Assembly: GCF_036588685.1 (NCBI RefSeq)
Contig: NC_086386.1
Location: forward strand, 40,486,001 to 40,550,000
Length of the DNA stretch: 64,000 bases
Direction: 5' to 3'
Source: Mytilus trossulus
Lineage: Eukaryota
The position numbers and the translations under genes are program-made. Below the pieces are notes generated by a model, which had not been told where the DNA came from, did no database searches, and was given only the letters and a program-made list of their open reading frames with translations. Below are positions 13,473-26,613 of this stretch, piece by piece (positions within the stretch are counted from its first letter, which is position 1; each line of letters begins with the position of its first letter).

Positions 13473-16400
13473 ATGGACCTAATTATTAACAAAAACATTC
13501 TGACACCGTTCATTGTGAATTTAATATTTTACATGATTAGTTTCAAAGGTAAGAATCATATCATTTTATTTTATTTTCAAATAATACATTTTTTGTATAA
13601 CCGAATTATATTGCCAATATATCCCTAAATAGTATAATTAAGGATGTTAGCTTTATTATTTTTGATTTTTTACAGATAGTTGGATATCCATGAAATGCCA
13701 TAAACACCATCTCCCTGCTTAACCAGACTGTTCTTTTCATTGTTTTATTTCATATAGTTTAAAAAAAAAATAAAAAAAATATTCCAAAATGCTATAAAAT
13801 ACATGAAATAGTTGTAATTAGTTTTCTTTATTTTCTTATAAAGCGTAGTGAGTATATATGTATTTCATATTTCCGGCAAAATATCTTTTTGAAATATTTT
13901 TTTTGTGCTGTATTTAGACCTCTCTACCACCAAATTTGTTTTACATGCGCACGTATTAAAATTGTTATCATACACAATCATAGGTTTGAACATTGTTCGC
14001 AATTTACACTTTTTTATATTTTTTAAATTTTGGAATTCTTTTATGTTTTTTCTCAGGTTTATATGATTCGTTCATCCTATTTCGACTCTTTCAAATTCAA
14101 GAGTCTATCCTTAATTGAGGTAAAATATATGGCATTCCAAATATCGTTTCGACACATAACCTGACTAAAAGGATATCAATTGTCGAAATCCGTACGAATG
14201 TTTGCACTTTATGTTTGTGGTAAACCATCTTTCCCGCTAGCTTTTTGCTTTCTGTATGGTATCAAATTGATATAAAGAACCATTTTGTTACAACAATTTA
14301 TTTGACCATCTTTAATTGCAGCCAACAGAGATTAAGAACATCAGTTGTTCGACCTGTTTGTGAAATGAGTTCTGTAAGAATACATGTGGAATATACGTTT
14401 TAACTTTCTTTAGACTTTTGGAAAATGTTTTTTTGTGCTGTATTTGTGCTATAACTTTTGGACTAGTTTAAATCTCGGTATATTTCTGTAATTTGTTCTT
14501 ACTTACTTTTGATTTTTTAACTCTATATGCTTACATTCCTATGTAAATTTTAAAACTGTTTGTATGCACATTGAACGACAAACTTATGTGACGTATACAA
14601 ATTTTATGACGTCAGACACTCAAGTCAATCCATGTGTTCGAAGATAGATGTTTTTGTGTTCTGTTTAATTGTCCCTTTTAAAATTGTTATTCGATGATGA
14701 CTGATGTACCCATATTTTGACTATTTTATTAATTGTGACTATTTATTTAACGCATCATGTTAATATAACGGAATTTGGTGAGACTGTTATTAAAGAGAGA
14801 GGGTTAGCGCTATAGAACCAGGTTTAATCCACCATTTTCTACATTTGAAAATGCCTGTACCAAGTCAGGAATATGACAGTTCTTGTCTATTCGTTTTTGA
14901 TGCGTTTTGTTATTTGATTTTGCCATGTGATTATGGACTTTCCGTATTGATTTTCCTCTGAGTTCAGTATTTTTGTGATTTTACTTTTTTTGTATTATGA
15001 CACCTCTCCTACAATTTTTTTTAAAGCATAACGCAGTTTTTATCCAACGCAATCACAAGTTTGAACGTTTGTTTTCTATTAAGACTAGATATATATATAG
15101 ATTAAAAAAATCTGCATTGATTATAATACGAAATTTATCCACTGGAGACCGATAGATTTTCAAATTTATGACGCGAGGCTTGCTGAGCGTTTGAAATAGT
15201 TAAATATAACTGGCGACAATTTTTATAAATCATATTCCACGACATTTGGTGTTGAAATAAGTTTCGCTAATGATTTTAAGCCGATATGCAGAAAATGTTA
15301 ACCCTTATATCCATCGATCTGCAAAAGAATATTTTTCTGAGGAGACGAATACAGTATAAAGTAATAATAAAAATTTGACTAATGAAGAACTAAAATGATA
15401 CGTACCACACGTTGATTTAAGAAAAATAATCAACGGGTTAAGAAAAGGATCAATCGGGTATAAATTATGGGAATTTTTTTATCGTGCAACTTATATTCTG
15501 GACTTAACGTTTTGGTTGCTTAAATAAATGAAATCGATTTAGCTTGAGCTCGGATTGCAAACAAGACCAATACTGAACTGTAACACAAAAAGAAATTTTA
15601 ACATTACAGTTCATTTAAGTATATCTAACAGGAGACCAGAACAAATGAAGTACACATTCATTTGTGAACGTGATATTTTAACAATTGAATTTTATTGCTA
15701 ATTATCGGATAAAAGCATTCAAATGACAGAGGAATTTAGCACAACTAGATTGAAAAGAATATTTTCACGTTTCAATGAATACTTAAAGTTTCATTAATCA
15801 CGTTCGAAATAAATCATTTCCTGATGTATCTTACGCTTTTAAGTTGTAATACAAAAAATAAAGAATCCAGTGTACCGTTATGATAAATGCAATACGTTTA
15901 TTAAGATCTCTATCAAAGAGTTTATTAAATATATAGAGATGAAAGAACACATTTCAAAATACATTTAATTCTTTAATGACATCTACATAAATTGCTGGTT
16001 GTAAAAAACTTTTTATCAAAGGTTTCTAATCCTTTATTCAAACACATTCTGTTATTGTAACTTTTCTAATTCTTCGTCAATTTATCCCTTTCTGCACCCG
16101 TTGTTTAAAAAAAATAATCAACGTGTGGTTGTTTTGATCTCAGTTTTTCGTTGGTTAAAATCCGAGTATGACGTTGAATTTTCTTGTTTTCCTCTGAATT
16201 TCCTATTGTGACGGCATGACAAAAGGCGACAGTGCCTGATGACGTCATATAAAAAGAACACATCTTTCTGCAGATCATTCGAAAAGAAGGAATACGTTTG
16301 CCTGCATATTATTAGAGAAACAGATTCTATCACCAAATCTCGTGTAATACGAAATTTAACCACTCTCGACAGTTAAGTTTCAAATATTTATAACGCTCGG

Positions 16401-19400
16401 CAAGACTCGCGATTTAAATTTGAAAATTTTACTGTCTCGAAGTATAAATATCGTATCACGCTTTATTACAACACATTAGTATATATTGAGCTAGTATAAC
16501 ATATCCGTTTGCAGACCAGAACAAAATTAATTATATTTATTTATATATTCATTTATGACGTTTGTTTTTAGTATTTGGCGTGCATTCGGCAAAGTTTTAT
16601 CGTAACTGATTTTTTACAAATTTAATGTTTACTAAGTGTTTGATCAGACTCAATTACCAAAAAATTTTTGTGAGAGACCTAATTTCTTGATTCAGCTTAA
16701 CACTATATTCAATAGAGTAACATAAAGGGCTCATATGTGGAAAAGGATCTATTAATCGATTGGAGCTCATGATATAAGCAGCGGTAATTAGAAGGATTCG
16801 AGTTCTTTAGACAATATTTACTGTGTTCAGCAAAAAGTAAATTCACAAAAATAATAATTGGAAGGTCCATAATTACATGATTAAATCAAATGACAAAACA
16901 CATCAAAAACGAATGGCTAAGAACTGTCATATTCTCGACTTGGTACAAGGATTTTCAAATGTAGAAATGGTGGATTAAACCTGGTTTTAAAGCGATGAAC
17001 CTCTTACTTTGATGACAGTCTCATCAAATTCCGTTATACTTACAATGATGCTTGAACTAAACAGACAAAATAAATAAAATAGTCAAAATATGGGTACTGC
17101 CGTCATCCTCGTGTAACAATTTAAAAGGACCAATTTAACAGAACACAAATATTTATTTACAATCACATTCGTAATGTTTCGTATTCGACGTCGTTTGTTA
17201 AAAAGTGCCAAGACGTAGCCAGTTTCTCTTTGAATGTATTTAAATGTCGTCTAGGTATTTTCTACCTGGTTTGTGTTATCTTAATTTAATCATAGAGAAC
17301 AATCACGAAATTCTAAGTTTAATTGCAAGTCAAGCCAATCAGAGTATACCAACTATGCATGTGTAGTCCTCCTTCAAAATTTAATTGGGGAAAGTATCGT
17401 CAGATCACTGAAGTCATATTTGATCATATTGTAAACAATGATATTATGGGGAGAAGCTGAGGAAATATTCAAACAACTTTCATGTTAATAAATGCATGAA
17501 TTTTCTTGATGTCCGCATATATAATCAAAAATTAATTTAATTGGTAATTTCTAGAATACGAAATTAACATCCAGTACTCACGACTGTTTTGAGTTCCTAT
17601 TCCTCTATTCCTCTGGAGGCCTATGTTCCACAGTTCATAGACCGACCCGCTTCTCTCATAAAATGCACGTTTGCTTGTCTGCAAAACATACAGAGACAGC
17701 TGTACACTTAAACCTCAGATTTTAAATGTAAAGTTAAGCAGTCATTTGAACCGTTCATTGTCACTTCTATTATCTTTCTTAGACAAGTTTTCAGTGCATT
17801 TCCATTTAAATTCGTGCATGTATATCACTGTATGTAACATGTCATCTTGTGCTCTACCAAACTATTGTGGTCTACATAAAAATCATACAAGTTATATACA
17901 AGAACTTTTTGCCTTTCTTTTATTTATTTGATAATATTTTAAGTGAAACGATTCCACCTTCGCAGCTTTATTTTACTTTATTGCATTTTCAATTCGTTTT
18001 CTTATTATAATAGACTCATTACTTTTTTAAAATAAGATAACTTTCATGGATACCAGTAGTTGAAGTCATAAAACTTTGCTCAGTGCTTGGAGCACAAAAG
18101 TCATGCTCGAAACATGAAATCAAGCAGTTTGATTGGTTGATTTTGTAGTATGACTACAAAAAACTGATTCGAAAGTTTTATAACCGCACGGCCAGATTTT
18201 TTGGTTTGTATATTACACATACGAAGATGTGTTATAAGATCCAATGAGACAACTCTCCACCCAAGTCACAATTTGTAAACCATTGTCTTGATAAAAACTT
18301 GACAAATTAATATGTACTTCGTTGAACATTTAAATTCGTGGTCTACATCCGACCACGAAATCCACGTAAACTGTTATGACAGCAGTTATAATAAATCAGT
18401 CAGCAATATGTGTTTGTATGCTTTTTTTTGGTATAGCAATTATTTTACTCGTTTCAGATTGTAACACTTTACAACTATCAACTCTGAATCAAGGAAGAAA
18501 AGATGCAGAAACAAACCGTGATGTGTATAAATACTATACAAAACTTAGCTATTTTGGGGTTTCTCATGTATCTGGAACTTTTTTTAAATTTCAAGTTAAG
18601 TCATGTAGGGCTGCAGTTGTTCTCTTGTCAGTTGCAAGTGATTTAATGTCTCCAGACTTCTACGAAATATTCTATGGAGGAGGAGGGAATCGCTGGACAT
18701 ATTTATCTCGAAACTATGGCAGGAACGAGGCAGCATTCAATACACCAAATCTATTAGACTGTAATGATAGGGTTTCACTGTGGCTGAGCTGGGAAAATGG
18801 TCAACTCCAAAGTGGAACTGGTTCGATCCTGGGACAGAATAGAATGATGAATTGGAATGATCCATATCCCTTACCCATTAAAGGCATAGGAATCATGTCG
18901 GCATATGGACATAATGCTACATGGATAATTCCCTCTGGAGGTAATTTAAGTCTAAACGATATCTATTCCAAACGAAATGATATATATGATTAGTCTAAAC
19001 ATATGTCGACTTTATGATAGACATTCTCTTTCAGATAATCGTTTATTATACAGGACTACAATCATAATATAGGTACATAATTTTTTTTTAATTAGCCCAA
19101 AAATGTAAGATCTGAAAATCTGCGTTAACAAGTTTGGGGTTTATTCCTCCGTGGTATATCGATTTGAAACCGCTTATGTGCGAGGAACGTTATAACTCGA
19201 TTACCGAACGCTTTATTATTATATAACCAAGTTGGTAGAGTGTTTTATGCGCTGGACACATTGTTTGCAGAATTACCAAGATTTCTCAGATGCAGAGGTT
19301 TGAACCCCTCTGAGGGAAGAACAGATGAAGTATATTGTATTGAAATATTGAATTACTCGCAAGTAATATACTACCAATCAGTTTTCTGCATAAATCAAAA

Positions 19401-20255
19401 CATAACAGTTGGATTTACTGAACGTTTATTTACAAGAAAAGTAAAAATATTTCAGTTGAGTTAAGTATTTTTATTCATTAACAGTAGGAAAACTGTCTTA
19501 GTACATTATGTTTAACAAAACTATTGTAATCGTAAGAATTTCTCAAATTATCATGGACGTCTATAACTTCAGAAGTTGTTCATTTTATGCAACTGCTTTT
19601 TCTTATCTTCTTTGTATAGAAACAGCACATGCTGTATGGTAGAAACTTCGACGATTTCTTCAAGACCTGCTTGAATTTCCTAAAAAAAAAAATCTGATAT
19701 GACACTCAATAAAATCATTGAAATGAGGGGATCGATATTGTTTCTTTTTTAATGGTCTGGTTTGAATACATTGATAGCAGTGCCTATAGAGTTTTATATT
19801 ATTTATTCGTTTAGCGTCAGGAATACAGTAAAGAGTTTTCAACAAATGCAGTTTACCTTATAATATAATTTTCCGTCAGTGTTTTGCTATCACAGAATCA
19901 TTCAATGTTTTATATTTTAAATGAAAATTACAAAGCAAGAAACAAATACAATAGATCATATGACTTCTTACTTTAAAAGTGTAATAAACTTTTATTCAAA
20001 TGTTTTGTATTTTCAGATATCCAAGACAACGGGAGATTCTGTGGATCCCCAGGACAAACTCTTACCAATGCGGGTGTTATTACATACGACCAATCACTCT
20101 TAAGTTGTACCTTAACATGTTTTACTTCTAATGTGTGTGCTAGTTTTGATTACAACAGTAAGCTACAGAAATGCCATATTGTAGATGAAAAGGAATTTCT
20201 TGCGAGCGCAAATGGCATTGACTCCGTAATGTTTACTAAATGTTTGACAATTTAG
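13473..20255 (+). CDS. Secreted Methyltransf_FA + PAN/Apple domain protein, paralogue B (exons 13473-13548, 18458-18940, 20017-20255; 265 aa)
   Basis: Exon 1 reads MDLIINKNILTPFIVNLIFYMISFK with a phase-1 donor aaag|gtaaga. It joins in frame to exon 2 (ttcag|attgt ... ggag|gtaatt, 483 nt) and exon 3 (ttcag|atatcc ... TAG; DIQDNGRFCGSPGQTLTNAGVITYDQSLLSCTLTCFTSNVCASFDYNSKLQKCHIV...KCLTI). All introns are GT-AG and the frame is intact. Confidence 0.88.
14590..14988 (-). repeat. High-copy interspersed repeat (aaaagtaaaatcacaaaaatactgaactc... family)
   Basis: Related copies at about 2045-2240, 4313-4515, 6455-6655, 16833-17160, 25130-25530, 28130-28475, 49435-49540 and 50495-50628, most containing the ttcctgacttggtacagg motif. 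Confidence 0.7.
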
Positions 20256-20830
20256 GAAAAAATATTTTCTGATAACAAGATGGTTTAAATGAAAACAAAC
20301 TATATATAATACGATCGAGTTTAAAGATGTCTATACGATAATCAATTGAAAAGAGTATGATTATTTAATGAAATACACTAATAATTATTGGAATGCACAG
20401 GGTACTTAGTTCTTGTCCCAGAAATTTGTTATACAATATCGCCTTCATCCTTTCCCGTTCAAGCAAAACTACAAATAAAGTTACGTTCCTATATTACGAC
20501 ATAATTTCATAGTTTTAATTTCTAAAACCATTAAAACTAAACAAAAATATTATAAAACAACAAAGTAAGGATCTTAAAAACGTATAATTTGGAGTTGTTC
20601 AGTCTGGTTTTAACATTGCACTACAATTTTCATTCCGGTATTGATACATCACAAATAATTGATAGATTATTCGTAGAATATTTTAGACTTAAATAAGTAC
20701 AATAACATACATACCGAACTCCAAGGATAATTTAAAAGCAAAGGCAAAATCAAACATCAAACACATCAAAAGAATGACAAACAACTGTCATTTGCTGACT
20801 TGGTACATGCATTTTCTTAAAAATAATTTA

Positions 20831-21564
20831 AACTAGATGTGTCAAAACTACACGAATGGTCCCGTCTCAAAAAATTGAAAAACTGCTATTTGAATAACAA
20901 ATATGGACACAAACATGATGGTAGTCTCACACACCAAAATTCAGCCTATAGTTGTTAATGTCCGTGTCATTTTGGTCTCTTGTGGACAGCTGTCTCATTG
21001 GCAATCATACTACATCTTCATAAACTGAAGGCGTTTAGAAAAAAGTGTGTATAACTGTGATTTTCAACAATTTATCAATCCAAAGCCTGTAATTTGAACT
21101 AAAATTAGGGGAACGAAACCTTACTTAAACTTGATATATAACTCAGCATGGTTAACTCATACCAAAAATCAGCCCAATATCTAAAGGCGTTTAGAAAAAA
21201 AAGTCTATATAACTATGATTTTCAACAATTTATCAAAGTCCAAAGCCCTTAATTTTTGCAAAATTAATCGGAGCGGAACGAAAATAAACTTGATCTGTTA
21301 CTCATCATGGTTAACTCACATACCATATATGAGCACAATATCTGAAGACATTTAGCAAAAAAACTCCGTATAACTATGATTTTCAACAATTTATCAAAGT
21401 CCAAAGCCCGTAATTTCAGCAAAAATTAGCGGAGCGGAACGAAACTTAAACTGACGGAATGACGGATTTACGGAATGACGGAATAACGGAATGACAGAAT
21501 GACGGAATAACGGACAAGGGTAAAACTATATGGCACCGACAACTTCGTTGCAGGGCCATAAAAA
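20831..21564. mobile_element. Non-autonomous Helentron/HINE (pearl-like) element with internal ~160-bp tandem repeats and ACGGAATG microsatellite
   Basis: Starts aactagatgtgtc, carries about 2.7 copies of a ~160-bp core (aaggcgtttagaaaaaa...), then (acggaatg)n at 21454-21513, and ends in a hairpin tatggcaccgacaacttcgttgcagggccata followed by an A-run. Absent from the paralogous site at about 7170. Confidence 0.7.
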
Positions 21565-24500
21565 TGATAAATAAAAACTGGTTTGACAGCTAGCATGTTT
21601 TGTATTAATTTGTCATTTGCATTCATTCTATATTTTCTTATATCTATTTATTTTGAAGGAAAAATAACCCGTTAAAATGTGTTTGTCAAATACATTGTTT
21701 AACCTAATTCTATTCTGCTACGGACTTTTACATCGAGATAATTATATAAATAAGAACTAGTAATGTGTTTCATACATGTTTTGAGATATACCGATCCATT
21801 AATCTATAACTATCACGCACTCACTATCAAAGGGTATTTTGTCATAACAAAAGTGTTATAGGCCATTGTTAAATATTTTATTATTGAATCCGGAAAAGCT
21901 TAATGATGTACAAGGAAGAACTACATTTCAAATTTTTTATAATACCTTCCTCCTAATTGCATTTTCTTAATCTTTGTTCACGTATATTTCAAGCTTATTC
22001 ATCACTTGATATTAAATGCACTTTTTGCTTTCATCTTAAAATTAATACAACAATTCAATGCATTTCGTTCCCGGTATGTTTAAATATAATTTTGTTTTTG
22101 TATCTTACAATGTGTTAATAGTACTTGAAGATAGAGTAATTCGTTTATGTGAATACGTTGAAAAATTTAAATGTTTTTAAATTTCAAATATGATATTCTT
22201 TAATTACAAAACTCAAATAGATAGTTCGAAAAAAAAATAGACAAAAAATTACCAAATAAATTTTAAAATTCGAACTTTCGAAAAGACCAACTGTCTCCAT
22301 TCGAGTTGAAAAAAAGCTTAGTGTATGTGACATATTTACTGATTAGTTTTGTGCAATGGATAGATACCCAATGTCCTTTGTTTTTCTATTATGTACATAA
22401 AGGGCAGTTTTTCAGATTCTACGAAATTTTGCATACATTGAGAATTCGTTGAACTGCATCTGAATAAAGAAGAGAAAATGAAACATACATATAACTTTTT
22501 TATCTTTACTAATAATCATTAAAATGTTTATTAATCAATTTTCTTATTTATGTAAGGTGTATAATTTACGTAAAAAGCGGCGACAAAACAGTTTTGTCAA
22601 GTTAATTGCAAGCCCGGAAAAAACATAAATATTTTGTTTATGTTTTTGCTGTAATAATTATTCGATTTAATGATACGAACGTATTTTTGAAGCCGGTTGA
22701 AACAAAGACCCGTGTACTTGTATATGAATGATTGCATATATTACAAAAAATACTTAATCAAATCTATAGACGAAACGGTTAAGTTAAAAAACAAAATCGA
22801 ACGTAATAAATCAACGGAACAAGTGAAAAATTACTGTCAGATTCCTGACTAAGTAGACATTTTTCGTGAAAATGGTGGGTTAAAGCAGATTTATAGATAG
22901 CTTAACCTCCCACTTGTATGAAAATTGTTTGTAGATCTGTTAAATTGATTATACTAGTAATCCTATATTATGACACTTCGTAAGTTCACATCGTTTGCAT
23001 TCAACGTTTTTATATAAAGAATATTGTTTTTACTATCAATGATGAAAACAAAATATGGTTAAAAGATATAGGAAGATGTGGTATAAATGCCAGTGTATTG
23101 ATGGTAAATCAAATGATATTCGATTAGAAAAGTTGAATGCAAACGATATGAACCTGCATAGTCTTACATTAAAGGAGGAGGTCAGATAGAAGCACATCAG
23201 TTGGACACAAATGTTCATCAACTGACCAAACTTGTTTATATAGTACCCGAAGAAATTTATCTCATTAATCAATAAAGTAATGAACATCGCTACTAAAATT
23301 GTGAATCTTTGACGTGATCGCTAAATTACCTGTATAAATATGTAAACGATTTGCCTTCTCAACACACTTTAAAGTAATCATTTGTAATGGATTTGCATAG
23401 CATGGTCATCTAATATTCTGAATGGAATGTTTACTTACATCATAAACATTGATTAACCCCATTGGCTAAATTTGTACATGTTCTATCAAATTCATACATA
23501 AACTAAAATATAACATTTTACTATACTCTAACCAACTTGTAAAGAAAATTCTCTTTACCACATACAGAATAAGACAATGCATCAATGATTGGGATCCAGC
23601 ATTCTGAAAAATCATTTATCACAGACATGCAACATGACTATCTATTTATTTCAAACCAAAGTCAAAAATCAAAAAACCAGATGGCGGAATGTATAAATAC
23701 CTAAAAATGTAAACATTCGTATGACCACTAAAAGAAACATAATAACACGAAGACATATAAAAAGATACCAAACTTCAACACATAAAAGGCATGACATTAT
23801 GTAAAAGAAAACAAAGAAAAGAAAAACGGACTGGTTTATGTGACTTTTCACTAATTGTCAATTTTTGGTTTCGCAGCATTATCATACGATACCCTCTGCC
23901 AAATCATATGTTGTTAACATATCTCATTTGATCAGTTGATACGTTGTGCTCCTGCATATTCCCACTATACCGAAGCGACTTCATACACAGGATTGTGTTC
24001 CTAACCAAGAAATTGATTTTCTACAAAAATCTTGATTTTTATGTTGTATCTTTACCCTAAGCCCGGGGTTCTCCAAGCTAAGAGCAGATAACTGACACAA
24101 GTGAAGCTCTTGATGAATAACGCTGAATACGGAGTCTGCGCACGCCTACACTGCGAGATGACGTAATCTAGAAGAGACAGTTTCAAAGCCCGAATAATAG
24201 ATGTCATTACAGTAAGATTGCATTACATCTTTATACAACCTAAGTCCAGGTCTGGTTCCTTCATGTTGAAATAGTCTTACCGGAGACGAACACCACATTA
24301 TTTAATCGCCACAAAGTCAACTTTTTCTATTAAATAGAATAAAACAATGAATAATTGCTGTTTGAAAAAATTATAGTTCACATGGCTTAAAACACGTATT
24401 TCATCCAAAACTTATTAGTATACTTCTTATGGTTTCCTGTGTTTCTGGAAATTATATTTTGTACATGTTAATGCTTGGTGAACATTTATGAACCTACCGA

Positions 24501-26613
24501 ATAAAAAAATGTTTTTCGGTAAAATGAATATGTTTATGAAACAAACCATTGCAAATAGTATTGATTTTGTTTAAATTTAATGTCTTCTTCACGTGCAAAA
24601 CAATTACAATACAAGATTATGAACTTTATTTAACTATAATCCTTGAAGCTTTTACACTATATTGCTCGTTAATGGAAGGTTAAAACATACAACTCTTGTT
24701 CAGGAACTCAATATTTACATTGTGAAGACTTGCAATGTTTCCGTTAAATTATAATTATAACTGAAAGAAACATGTTAGTTCACTGAGCTGTGACGTCATT
24801 AAAAAGTCAATATAAACATACATGTATATTCAATTGCATGTCTCATTTTGAGTTTATCGGGTATATAAGTCTAAATTAGTCATAGAATATGACTTTGAAA
24901 TGTTTGATTAGATGAATGTAAAATTGCCTTATAAACAATCGGACAAATTTAATTTTATAAATTTACTGTTTGCAAAAGTATGCTTTATTCGAAGTGATAA
25001 GGATTTTCTTGTCCCATACCTTGATCACCTTATTTGGCTTATATTTTTTTTTTAATTTTCGGTCCGCATTGATCTTATAGTTAACTAATTACATATTACG
25101 TGGCTCTGTACCTATTCATCCTGTCTTTTTTTTTCTGCTGGATTTTTTTTATTTTTTTTATTTTTGCATATATGCCTTTATGTGTTTCTTTCTTACATGT
25201 TTGTTTGTTTTATAGGAATTAAGATCATTATACAATGTTGACTGCTGTATCCCAATTTTTGACATTTTTTTATATTGTGTCAGTTTTGTTTTGTTCACAA
25301 ATCGTTATGAATATAATGGAATTCTATGTGACTGTCATACAAGTGAGAGGTTAGCTTGTTAAAACAAACAGGTTTAATTCACCACTTTCTACATAAAATA
25401 ATGTCAGGAGTATGACAGCTGTAATCTATTTGTTTGATATGTTTGAGTTATTGATTTTGCCATTCGTGTACGGATTTGTCGTCTTGAAATTTCTTCTTTG
25501 CAGTTCAGTATTTTTGTTATTCTAATTTCTCAAATGAACCACACACTTTAGAAAAATGACTTTTTACCTTTCCAAAAAGTGTTCTTGTTGGGTTTTTTTC
25601 ATAAAACTATGCAATGTAACTTCGTCCTGTTTGTTGTATACTTCCTATCTAACCTAGTAATAGACATTTGCGGAAACTAGGTCTTTACCTAGGATTACAC
25701 TTTAGACTTACGATTACAGGTGTGAAAAACAAAGGGTCATCTCAAAATGCAAAAACAAACCAACATTACATGAACAAAATAGCAGTTGGTGTCTTCCATA
25801 TACATAAATAAAGATGTAAGCAACACGTTAAATTTCATGTGTCCGAAGCGCTTTTCTGGAATTACCATAAGGACCGCACAAAGCCGAATATTTTAAGACA
25901 AGGATTTATAAGCACAGAATGTGTAGATAGATATATGATATATATTATCAGCCGGGGAAATAAGCTTTCCCCGCGAAACAAGGTACTTTTAATGCAATGG
26001 TTAGTATACGAAAACCAGCAAAAAATTGTTCAGATGATTCTCTAATGCACGATTGCAACTTTGTACCCGCAACTGTTGCGTTGTCGATTTAAATAGATTG
26101 TGGTTTTTTTCAACAATTTCTTCTGGCCGGCTACACTTTTGATTTTTATATCACAAACATAATAATTCTCTTTACAACAAAATAAAAGAGAGAATGTATG
26201 TCTTAGCATAAACATGCTAACATGCTCCATGGTTTATTGCACCTTTCCTAAAACAAAGTATCTATCAACTGTAACGACAATTGCGATATGTTGTGTGTCT
26301 CATGTTAAATTTAATTCTAAAATAATGTAAGTTGTAACACATTGTTGCAAATATATTTGAAAAAAAAATCATTGTTCAACTGCAGAAAAACATCCCTATC
26401 GTTACATTGTTTTGGATCGACGGTTTATTTTTACACTTTGAGAAAGCCCAAGATTTAAATGCTACTTGTGAGTGTAATTGTAATCCTAATCGTAGGTGTA
26501 TGACAGTTTTCCGCAAATGTCTAATAGAAACAGTCCATTTGAGTTATTTCCCATTGGTCGTATAATTATCATTCACAGATAATTGATTATACGTTATATT
26601 TCTATTATAAATA

